DNA of 38,458 nt, taken from the IMG/VR virus record IMGVR_UViG_3300045988_156575, one strand, 5' to 3'. The notes under the pieces were generated by a model. That model saw only the letters and a list, made by a program, of their open reading frames with translations, ran no database searches and had not been told where the DNA came from. The position numbers were made by a program, and so were the translations under genes. Origin of the DNA: a virus. Shown here in pieces: positions 17,184 to 23,343 of this stretch; within the stretch, counting starts at the first letter, position 1; every line of letters starts with the position of its first letter.

Positions 17184-17228
17184 CTCTTAATCCCAAGGTC
17201 CAGGGTTCGACCCCCTGACGGCCCACCA
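17184..17228 (+). tRNA. Partial tRNA-Lys(CTT) 3' portion (anticodon loop to CCA): attP core, not a complete tRNA gene
   Basis: The readable elements are, in order: CTCTTAA loop, variable AGGTC, T-arm CAGGG-TTCGACC-CCCTG, acceptor 3' strand ACGGCCC, discriminator A, then CCA. No matching 5' acceptor strand (GGGCCGT) or D-arm lies upstream. Confidence 0.75.
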
Positions 17229-17239
17229 AAGAACGCACA

Positions 17240-17267
17240 GGTCAGCGCTTCGGCGTTGGCCTTTTTT
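17240..17267 (+). terminator. Intrinsic terminator directly after the tRNA fragment
   Basis: ggtcagcgc (17240-17248) pairs with gcgttggcc (17253-17261) with two G-U pairs. The loop is TTCG and TTTTTT follows. Confidence 0.7.
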
Positions 17268-17314
17268 GTTTACCGAGAAGTCGAATCATAACCGTCCGTT
17301 ACCGTTCACGTTTT

Positions 17315-17352
17315 ACGCCCCCTGCCGTTTATGCGCGGCAGGGGGCGTTTTA
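17315..17352. terminator. Bidirectional hairpin terminator downstream of int
   Basis: 13-bp stem acgccccctgccg (17315-17327) pairs with cggcagggggcgt (17336-17348), with T-runs on both strands. Confidence 0.65.
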
Positions 17353-17387
17353 TGCATTTCGCTGGTGGCGGACCTAGAAAACGCAAA

Positions 17388-18626
17388 TCAGAGCGTCTCG
17401 GCGTCCAGACCGGTGCCATTAAAACCGCCGCCCGCGCCGCCGCCCTCGACGATCTGCAGAGCGCGCCCGACCTGCCTGGCGGCCTTCTCGCGCTCCGCGA
17501 GGCCCGGTTTGATGTAATGGCGGTAATCTGTCCCCAGGTCCGTATGACCGTGCAGATCCATGATGCTCAGCGGGTCGACCTCGGTCGCCGCCATGATGGT
17601 CTCGGACGTGTGGCGCAGGGCCTTAGGAGGGATATACCGCAGGTCATGGCGCACGCACATGCGCCGCCACGCCCGCACGAGATTATCGCCGCGCATATTG
17701 ACGATGCGCTGTCCGCTCCACTCCCGCACCTGCTCCGTAACCGAAGTGCCGCCCTCGACGGTTATGCTCGGGCGCAGCTCGTCCATGATCTGGTGCAGGC
17801 GCTCGCGGCCCGCCAATAAAACCGGCACGGTGCGCACGGAATGGGCGTTCTTGGTCTCCTTCACGCCGTCCTCGTCCGTGTACGCGCGGCAGACCTCGAT
17901 GTACTCCGACACGGTCGGCTGCCCAGTGGCGAAGTCGTAGGTCGTGGTGACCTTGAGGTCGCACGGGCGCACGGCCAGCGCCTCCTCCTTGCGCAGTCCG
18001 CTCAGGCCCAGGATGAGGTAGGCGTTCATGACCAGGTCCGCGCGGTCGTCGCTGGCGGCGAGCCTGCGCAGCGCCTCGGCGGCCTCGGGGATGCTCCACG
18101 GCTCCACGGGCGCCTGCTTGGCCTTGGGCGCTATGACGCGGCGGCGGAAGGGCTCCACCGTCACCCATCCGTCATCGAAGGCGCGGCGCATGACGGCGCG
18201 GAGTGTCGTCTTGGTCTTGGCCGGCGCGCCCGAGCGCTCGATGCAGCTTCGCATCATATCGTGGGTGATCTCGGAGATGTCGACCGACCCCAGGACGGGG
18301 GAGATGTAGTTGTCCATCTGGCCGTCGTACTCGCGTAGGCTCGCCTTTGAGCGCGGCTTGCCGCGGTTGCTGGGCGAGTCGCGGAACACGCCCCAGTAGT
18401 ACATGTCGAGCGTCACGCCCGCGTGCGCCGCCTGGGACACGCCGAGCTCGCGGGCGAGCTGGGCGATGGCGACGTCGGCCTCGGTCTCGGTGCCGTGGAC
18501 GGTGCGCGACACGCGCCGCACGTGTCCGTCCGCGCGGAAGCCCGCCTGCACGCGGATCACCCACTTGCCCGGAGCCACCTCGCGCTTCGAGCCGAGTTTT
18601 GACCTGGAATTGTCGTTGGTTGCCAT
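17388..18626 (-). CDS. int: Tyrosine integrase (phage integrase family), adjacent to attP
   Basis: Chosen start is MATNDNSRSK.... Catalytic-type motifs are ...GLRKEEAL..., ...ALRHTSETIMA..., ...LHGHTD..DYRHY. Confidence 0.88.
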   Translation of the reverse strand: MATNDNSRSKLGSKREVAPGKWVIRVQAGFRADGHVRRVSRTVHGTETEADVAIAQLARELGVSQAAHAGVTLDMYYWGVFRDSPSNRGKPRSKASLREYDGQMDNYISPVLGSVDISEITHDMMRSCIERSGAPAKTKTTLRAVMRRAFDDGWVTVEPFRRRVIAPKAKQAPVEPWSIPEAAEALRRLAASDDRADLVMNAYLILGLSGLRKEEALAVRPCDLKVTTTYDFATGQPTVSEYIEVCRAYTDEDGVKETKNAHSVRTVPVLLAGRERLHQIMDELRPSITVEGGTSVTEQVREWSGQRIVNMRGDNLVRAWRRMCVRHDLRYIPPKALRHTSETIMAATEVDPLSIMDLHGHTDLGTDYRHYIKPGLAEREKAARQVGRALQIVEGGGAGGGFNGTGLDAETL

Positions 18627-18664
18627 ATAATGGTCCTGCCTTTCCCTTATTTGCCGGAGGGCAT

Positions 18665-18706
18665 GCCCCGTGCGGATCCGCCAAGATTGCCGCACGGGGC
18701 TTTTTT
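18665..18706 (+). terminator. Strong plus-strand intrinsic terminator in the int-hicB gap
   Basis: 11-bp stem gccccgtgcgg (18665-18675) pairs with ccgcacggggc (18690-18700), followed by TTTTTT on the + strand only. Confidence 0.55.
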
Positions 18707-18735
18707 GTTTAGATGCCGAGCCCGCCCTGCTGGGG

Positions 18736-19185
18736 CTACGCCTCCGCCGCGGCCTTGCACGGACGGCCCGCCCCGGGCTTGGCCGCGATGCGGTACTCGA
18801 TGGAGTCGCGCGACACCATGCGGGTGTTGCCGACCCTCCAGCTGCTCAGACTCCCGTCGCGGCAGAGCTGCGCCACGCGCGCGGTGCTCACGCCGAGCAT
18901 CTCGGCGGCCTCGGCTGCGGTTACGGCCGGGATGTCGGACAGCTCGACGCTGGTCGCGACGGTGACGATCGTGCCGCCGTGGGACGGCGCATGGCCAAGC
19001 CCGCCGCCCTCGAACTCCGCCCCGCGCTCCAGCGCCGCCAGGGCATGGACGCGCAGCCAGTCGACGGCCATCTCCACGGCCTCCTCGTAGGTATCGCCCT
19101 CGGTGGCCCCGGCGAGCCCGCACGGCTCCACGGCGTAGCCGCCCTCGGGGTCGGGGTAGACCTCGAACTCCTGCATGACGATCAT
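18736..19185 (-). CDS. hicB: HicB-like antitoxin fused to an excisionase/MerR-type HTH
   Basis: The N-terminus ...FEVYPDPEGGYAVEPCGLAGATEGDTYEEAVEMAVDWL is a HicB-type fold signature. The C-terminus VTAAEAAEMLGVSTARVAQLCRDGSLSSWRVGNTRMVSRDSI is an excisionase-family HTH pattern. RBS GGAAAGGAG. Confidence 0.7.
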   Translation of the reverse strand: MIVMQEFEVYPDPEGGYAVEPCGLAGATEGDTYEEAVEMAVDWLRVHALAALERGAEFEGGGLGHAPSHGGTIVTVATSVELSDIPAVTAAEAAEMLGVSTARVAQLCRDGSLSSWRVGNTRMVSRDSIEYRIAAKPGAGRPCKAAAEA

Positions 19186-19222
19186 GGTGGTCTCCTTTCC
19201 TGCGGTGAAGGGGAGGGCGGGG

Positions 19223-19402
19223 CTAGAGCAGCCCCGCTTCCTTCCTGATTCCCCTCGCGGTCGTCTCCTTTATCTCCCGGTGCCTGGGCACTGTCACCGT
19301 CACGTCCCCGCGGCGGAACTTGTCGTGCTTGGCGCCGGTGCCGCTGAGCTTTACGTAGCCCGCTTCGGTCAGCTCCCGCTCGAGGTCCCTCTTCTTAGTC
19401 AC
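19223..19402 (-). CDS. hicA: HicA-family toxin (59 aa; not in the supplied ORF track)
   Basis: My translation of the minus strand is VTKKRDLERELTEAGYVKLSGTGAKHDKFRRGDVTVTVPRHREIKETTARGIRKEAGLL. The start is GTG, 7 nt after an AAAGGAG RBS. Confidence 0.75.
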   Translation of the reverse strand: MTKKRDLERELTEAGYVKLSGTGAKHDKFRRGDVTVTVPRHREIKETTARGIRKEAGLL

Positions 19403-19426
19403 CGCCTAACTCCTTTCGACAATTAA

Positions 19427-19435
19427 ATATTAGCA
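19427..19435 (-). promoter_or_regulatory. Extended -10 element (TGcTAATAT on the minus strand) upstream of hicA
   Basis: It lies in an AT-rich spacer and reads tgctaatat on the minus strand, about 20 nt before the hicA RBS. Confidence 0.4.
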
Positions 19436-19522
19436 CAGCTAAGTAATAAAGTATATAAAAGATTAGCTCAATTAAGGATTAAATTAAATCAGCGGCTGGT
19501 TTTCTGAGCCTACGCCGTTGGA

Positions 19523-19540
19523 GGTTTTTCCGGAAAAACC
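19523..19540. promoter_or_regulatory. Perfect 18-bp palindrome GGTTTTTCCGGAAAAACC (operator candidate)
   Basis: 9+9 perfect inverted repeat between the divergent hicA and orf96 genes. Confidence 0.45.
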
Positions 19541-19606
19541 CGAAAAACACTGCCGCGCCGCGGGTCATAATCGTTATGAACACCACTTACGCTCCCGGAG
19601 GTACCC

Positions 19607-19897
19607 ATGGCTCGCTGCAGCGTCGGCGCATATACGTACGAGGACGATTCCTGCGACACGATGATCTACGACGGGCTCACGGGCATTCCGCTGAGCCTTG
19701 GGTACGAGCTCGTTTCGCAGGAGCGCGGAGACACCGTGAGGGTCGTCGCCCTTGGAGTGAAGGACGACGCTGCGGGCCCTGTCCCGTTTGCGACGCTCAG
19801 GCCGTGCGCATACTCCCTGGCATCCGAATACGATGTGCGCGCCGTGAGGTGCCCGCAGACCGGTCAATGGGTCCTCATCGGGTACATGGGCGTCTAG
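19607..19897 (+). CDS. Hypothetical protein (96 aa)
   Basis: A GGAGG RBS lies 5 nt before the ATG. No motif recognised. Confidence 0.5.
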   Translation: MARCSVGAYTYEDDSCDTMIYDGLTGIPLSLGYELVSQERGDTVRVVALGVKDDAAGPVPFATLRPCAYSLASEYDVRAVRCPQTGQWVLIGYMGV

Positions 19898-19913
19898 AGG
19901 AAGCCCGCGATCT

Positions 19914-19923
19914 CCCCCCCCCC
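19914..19923. repeat. Homopolymeric C10 tract between convergent genes
   Basis: I counted ten consecutive C across the 19920/19921 line break. Confidence 0.8.
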
Positions 19924-19964
19924 GACGGAGAGGATGCCTGCTACCGGTCTCTCGTCTTTCTCGT

Positions 19965-20882
19965 CTAGTCAAACACGAGATATAGCTTCGTTGCGTTGCT
20001 GTTGTCTTGAAAGTAGTCATACATATAGCAGGCGCGGCACTGCCTTTCTTTGTATTCGGTAAGCTGCTTGTATACCTTAAGGTTGCTCGCGTTTATTTCT
20101 ACGAGCGGCTCCTTTCCCGCCAAGATCCTAATATGGGGCTTTGCGGATGAACCCTTTGGTGTCGGGATTATCTCGAAGTTCGGTGTAAAGCGGAGATCTC
20201 CTATTGGTGGTGTTCCGGCAATCCAGTTGTGTTCCGTAACGTTTATCCACACCTCGCTTGAGGTCTCATGGAGCTCGATTCCGGTTCGGTTTTGCCTGAT
20301 TTCTGAAATCCTCGCCCTGTATCGTTCCTCATTTATATGTAGTTCGTTCTCTTCTGAGAAGGGAACGGGCTCGGTTGTTAGTTTTTGTCTTTCCCACCAC
20401 TGCTTCAGGAGTCGCGGGTCCGCGGTCATGGTGACAAGTTCGGGAATCCCCGCGGAGTACATTCCGATCTTCTTAACTTTGACCTGAACCTTAAATCCGG
20501 CTGTGACCATTTCCTTGAGAAAGCCCAGGCATGAAGGCGTGAGCCCAAATGTGCGACCTTTATAGGCAAGAGGCGTGTCCCCAAATGCGCCGCTATCAGT
20601 GGTCGTCCCGGTCGACTTGCTGTGAATAACTGTGTCAAATCCGAGCGGGGCCACGTAAAACACCGCTCCTTTTTTGACCCCTTTAAACACGGCGCCGAGA
20701 TACGTGTAAATGACTTTCTCAGTATCGCCGTCGATGTCTATGACGCGCGCGGCGGGGTGCCTGCCATTTCGTACGGACATGGCGGCAGAGTCGGACACGC
20801 CTTCCGTGGAAGGAGTGCGCGCACTCGTCGATGCTCCATTGCTCGTAAAAATCGATTTAACTAATGAGCTGAAAAGGCCCAT
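19965..20882 (-). CDS. Orphan 305-aa protein, low GC, co-operonic with the CI-like repressor (candidate lysogen-expressed exclusion/defence gene)
   Basis: The ATG lies 6 nt after an AGGAGG RBS and 19 nt downstream of the repressor stop. GC content is clearly lower than in the rest of the genome. No TM segments or known catalytic motifs recognised. Confidence 0.7.
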   Translation of the reverse strand: MGLFSSLVKSIFTSNGASTSARTPSTEGVSDSAAMSVRNGRHPAARVIDIDGDTEKVIYTYLGAVFKGVKKGAVFYVAPLGFDTVIHSKSTGTTTDSGAFGDTPLAYKGRTFGLTPSCLGFLKEMVTAGFKVQVKVKKIGMYSAGIPELVTMTADPRLLKQWWERQKLTTEPVPFSEENELHINEERYRARISEIRQNRTGIELHETSSEVWINVTEHNWIAGTPPIGDLRFTPNFEIIPTPKGSSAKPHIRILAGKEPLVEINASNLKVYKQLTEYKERQCRACYMYDYFQDNSNATKLYLVFD

Positions 20883-20901
20883 GGGTACCTCCTGACCCTT
20901 G

Positions 20902-21312
20902 CTACGCGGACTTTATTTGATCCGCTTCCAGCCCTTCGCCTTCAGGCGCTGCAGCCTGAGCTTGGGAGAGCTCGGCCTGGTCGCGTGCCGTCTCCAGGAT
21001 CTTCGAGCGCCTCTTCTCGGTGCTCCGTCGGTAGCAGGTGATCAGCTCGCCCTCTTCTTGCGTCTGATTTTGCTGGGACTCCATCGGGGACCATTCCCTG
21101 CCCCCTAAGGTGTCTAGCGAGCAGTTGAGAGCGTCAGCAATTCTCCAGGCCGCATCAAATGCCATGCTGCGGCGTCCTTGCTCGTATTCCGTGTAACGGC
21201 TTGCCTCAAATCCGGCATGTTTCGCAAACGCCGCGGCGCTTTTGAAGCCAGCAGACTTTCTGAGCAACTGTATGTTCTTACCGACCTGCTTCCTAAGAGT
21301 GTCTTCTGTCAT
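20902..21312 (-). CDS. CI-like repressor, XRE-family HTH, without a recognisable S24 peptidase domain
   Basis: The HTH segment is ...IQLLRKSAGFKSAAAFAKHAGFEASRYTEYEQGRR.... It is divergent from a Cro-like gene across an operator-rich spacer. Confidence 0.75.
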   Translation of the reverse strand: MTEDTLRKQVGKNIQLLRKSAGFKSAAAFAKHAGFEASRYTEYEQGRRSMAFDAAWRIADALNCSLDTLGGREWSPMESQQNQTQEEGELITCYRRSTEKRRSKILETARDQAELSQAQAAAPEGEGLEADQIKSA

Positions 21313-21343
21313 TGGGCCTCCTCCCGTTGCTACCTAAGAAATT

Positions 21344-21440
21344 AAGGCAAAGCGCCAAATATTTCAATCAAATACTGAAATCTTTGTTGACAACTAGGCA
21401 GAGAGCCGTAATATTGAAGGCAGCAATTAGGCAGAGAGCC
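21344..21440. promoter_or_regulatory. Operator-like direct repeats (TAGGCAGAGAGCC x2 plus a degenerate AAGGCAAAGCGCC)
   Basis: Exact 13-mers at 21395-21407 and 21428-21440, and a related copy at 21344-21356. One copy fills the promoter spacer. Confidence 0.55.
21387..21414 (+). promoter_or_regulatory. Sigma-70-type early promoter (TTGACA, 16-nt spacer, TAATAT) facing the cro-like gene
   Basis: TTGACA at 21387-21392 and TAATAT at 21409-21414. Confidence 0.6.
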
Positions 21441-21444
21441 AAAA

Positions 21445-21468
21445 AACATCTTCTATATAGAAGATGTT
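21445..21468. promoter_or_regulatory. Perfect 24-bp palindrome AACATCTTCTAT/ATAGAAGATGTT
   Basis: 12+12 perfect inverted repeat downstream of the early promoter. Confidence 0.55.
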
Positions 21469-21470
21469 AC

Positions 21471-21500
21471 GGCTGAGGTTGACAGCGCTCAACCTCAGCC
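21471..21500 (+). promoter_or_regulatory. 12-bp-stem hairpin in the cro leader
   Basis: ggctgaggttga (21471-21482) pairs with tcaacctcagcc (21489-21500), with a 6-nt loop and no U-tract. Confidence 0.5.
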
Positions 21501-21532
21501 CCTCTCATTCCCGCAGATGAAAGGAGTTGTCA

Positions 21533-21760
21533 ATGGCATTTAGCAAGGAAGAGATGTCCGCATGCCTTCGTGAACTTCGTGCTCGCAAGCGCGTTACCCA
21601 ACAGGAGGTCGCCGACGCTGTTGGGGTGGATGCCACGAGCATCTACAACTACGAGAACGGTCGCACGGCACCGACTTTTGAAATCGCTTGGCGCCTTGCA
21701 GATTTTTTTGACGTTTCCCTTGACCGCTTGGGCGGGCGAAACACGGACGAGGCCGCGTAG
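21533..21760 (+). CDS. Cro-like XRE-family HTH regulator
   Basis: The ATG follows a GAAAGGAG RBS. The HTH is ...VTQQEVADAVGVDATSIYNYENGRT.... Its C-terminal WRLADFFDVSLDRLGGR parallels WRIADALNCSLDTLGGR in the repressor. Confidence 0.75.
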   Translation: MAFSKEEMSACLRELRARKRVTQQEVADAVGVDATSIYNYENGRTAPTFEIAWRLADFFDVSLDRLGGRNTDEAA

Positions 21761-21987
21761 TGATGGGGGAAGAGATGGAAGGCAAGAGGGTGGGGGAGCT
21801 GAAACTCAGGGGCAGGTGCTCCCAGGCCCTAGAGCTCGCGGAGAAGGCGAGGGAGGCTTCGGAGCACCTGCAGGCGGCCGCCGAGATCCTCAATGAGCTC
21901 GGCGAGGTCGAGCTCGCCTACGAGGTCATCGCGTGCGGTAGCCCGTCCCGCAGTGGGGGCAGAGCATCGATTCGGGGCGGAGAGTGA
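21760..21987 (+). CDS. Hypothetical early protein (75 aa)
   Basis: Overlapping start (TAGTGATG) and GC-rich third codon positions. Confidence 0.4.
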   Translation: MMGEEMEGKRVGELKLRGRCSQALELAEKAREASEHLQAAAEILNELGEVELAYEVIACGSPSRSGGRASIRGGE

Positions 21988-22160
21988 AGCCCAGGCTGCA
22001 GTCGCGAATGACCCGGGCGCTGCTGGCCTCGGCCGTCGTGATGGACGCCGCCGGGTGGATGTGCGCCGCGCAGGGGGCCTACGGCCTCGCGCGGGTGTGC
22101 TTCTCGGCCGCGCTGCCGTTCGTCGCGGCGTGGGTGGTCGGGTCGCTATGGGCGCGCTAG
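21984..22160 (+). CDS. Possible small two-TM membrane protein (58 aa; not in the ORF track)
   Basis: The GTG overlaps the previous stop (GAGTGA). My translation is VKPRLQSRMTRALLASAVVMDAAGWMCAAQGAYGLARVCFSAALPFVAAWVVGSLWAR. Confidence 0.35.
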   Translation: MKPRLQSRMTRALLASAVVMDAAGWMCAAQGAYGLARVCFSAALPFVAAWVVGSLWAR

Positions 22161-22621
22161 GCGAGCCATTCGGAGCGGTGCCCGGCGATCGCCCTGATCA
22201 CCGCGGGCCTGATGGAGAAGTCGGTCGCGGTGAGCATCGAGCCGACCGGCGGCGTGCCGAAGATGCCGAGCTCGCACAGCGCAAGGGCGTCGGTATCGAG
22301 CGGGGAGAGGCTGACGGAGCCCTCGTCGAGCGCGCGGGACACCAGTTCCATCCGCCTCCTCGACATGCCGAGGAATACGGCGGAGAGCCGTTCGTCCATC
22401 CTCCGGCGCTTTGCCCAGGCGCTCCTCGCGGAGACGATGCGCGCGGTCGCGTACCCGAGCATCGCGGCGGCGCCGGTCAGGAGGAGGCACGAGGCCGGGT
22501 GCTCGGCGATCATCCGGCGGGCGTCCTCGGCCATCGCGGCGACCGAGCCGAACCCGACCGCGCCGGCGATGGTGACCAGCAGGTCGATGTTCTCCTTCGC
22601 GGCTTTGAGCGTCTTGTTCAT
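22157..22621 (-). CDS. Membrane protein of unknown function, transcribed against the early operon (154 aa)
   Basis: The internal ATG giving MNKTLKAAKENIDLLVTIAGAVGFGSVAAMA... follows a GGAAGGGA RBS. There are two hydrophobic segments. The Arg-rich upstream part of ORF 22157..22909 looks noncoding. Confidence 0.55.
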   Translation of the reverse strand: MNKTLKAAKENIDLLVTIAGAVGFGSVAAMAEDARRMIAEHPASCLLLTGAAAMLGYATARIVSARSAWAKRRRMDERLSAVFLGMSRRRMELVSRALDEGSVSLSPLDTDALALCELGIFGTPPVGSMLTATDFSIRPAVIRAIAGHRSEWLA

Positions 22622-22648
22622 CTTCGATTCCCTTCCAAGGAGGTTCCC

Positions 22649-22717
22649 ATGGGCTTCATTCTCGCACTTTCCTTCGCGTTCCTGTTCGGGGTCGGGCTCG
22701 GCCTCATGCGCCGCTGA
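22649..22717 (+). CDS. Possible 22-aa hydrophobic peptide MGFILALSFAFLFGVGLGLMRR
   Basis: A consensus AAGGAGG RBS lies 5 nt before the ATG. It is divergent from, and only 27 nt away from, the start of the minus-strand membrane gene. Confidence 0.4.
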   Translation: MGFILALSFAFLFGVGLGLMRR

Positions 22718-22944
22718 CGGCGGAGTCAGCCCCCGCCGCGCCACGGGTTCCGCACCGCCCCCATTCCGCGGGGCCCGTGGCGCGACGGGGCCGGACTTCC
22801 TACTTCCGGCCCGCAAGGTGTCCGCCGCCGACTTGGCGGGGCGGCGGCACCGCTCCCTTTGGCGGGGGAGCGCCCTCCGGCTGCATCTATCGGTGCGGCC
22901 CTCCGGCAAGGGATTGGCTCTGTTACGTGTGAAAGGAGAAGGCC

Positions 22945-23175
22945 ATGTGGATGTCGATAGCCAAGGGCGCGCGTTACGCCTGCTGCGACAACGTCACGTT
23001 CCGCGCGATGGTCATGCAGGGCGTGATACCGCGCTACCCGTCGCTCAACCCCAACAGCTCGCGCGAGGTGGTGAGCAGCGAGGACATCGACGCCGCCATC
23101 AGGGCGCGCGGGGCGGTGCCGGCGCTGCCGTCGCCCGACTGCGTGCCGGCGCGCCGTCCGAGGCGGGTGGCGTGA
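22945..23175 (+). CDS. Xis/AlpA-like HTH DNA-binding protein (excisionase candidate)
   Basis: RBS GAAAGGAG. The segment ...SIAKGARYACCDNVTFRAMVMQGVIPRYP....VVSSEDIDAAI fits the excisionase-family HTH layout. Confidence 0.5.
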   Translation: MWMSIAKGARYACCDNVTFRAMVMQGVIPRYPSLNPNSSREVVSSEDIDAAIRARGAVPALPSPDCVPARRPRRVA

Positions 23176-23333
23176 TGGGCGACCTTATCTGGGATGCCGG
23201 CTGCAGGCTCGGCGAGTGGTGGAACTCGCTGCCCGAGCGCGTGCGCAGCGTCGCGTGCGCCGTGGCGCTCATCGGCCTGATCGCCGTCGCCGGCGCCATC
23301 GAGGGGACCGCCCCGAGCGGGATGTACTACTAG
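23175..23333 (+). CDS. Small membrane protein (52 aa)
   Basis: TGATG overlap start and a hydrophobic helix VACAVALIGLIAVAGAI. Confidence 0.45.
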   Translation: MGDLIWDAGCRLGEWWNSLPERVRSVACAVALIGLIAVAGAIEGTAPSGMYY

Positions 23334-23343
23334 GAGGAATGAC

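Noticed and set aside
17100-17228. Possible complete tRNA or tmRNA gene, given a D-arm-like string cagctagttaggagcg near 17105 plus the T-arm/CCA end at 17228.
   Set aside because: The two pieces are about 120 nt apart. No 5' acceptor strand is complementary to ACGGCCC, and no anticodon stem pairs 5' of the CTCTTAA loop. Only the 3' portion is tRNA-like, which is what an attP core looks like.
22212-23174. Upstream part of the 373-aa plus-strand ORF 22212..23333 (and ORF 21893..22717) as early genes.
   Set aside because: These are Ser/Arg/Ala-rich shadow frames opposite the better-supported minus-strand membrane gene and the hairpin-rich spacer. Only the last 52 codons (23175..23333), with a coupled TGATG start and a TM helix, look genuine.
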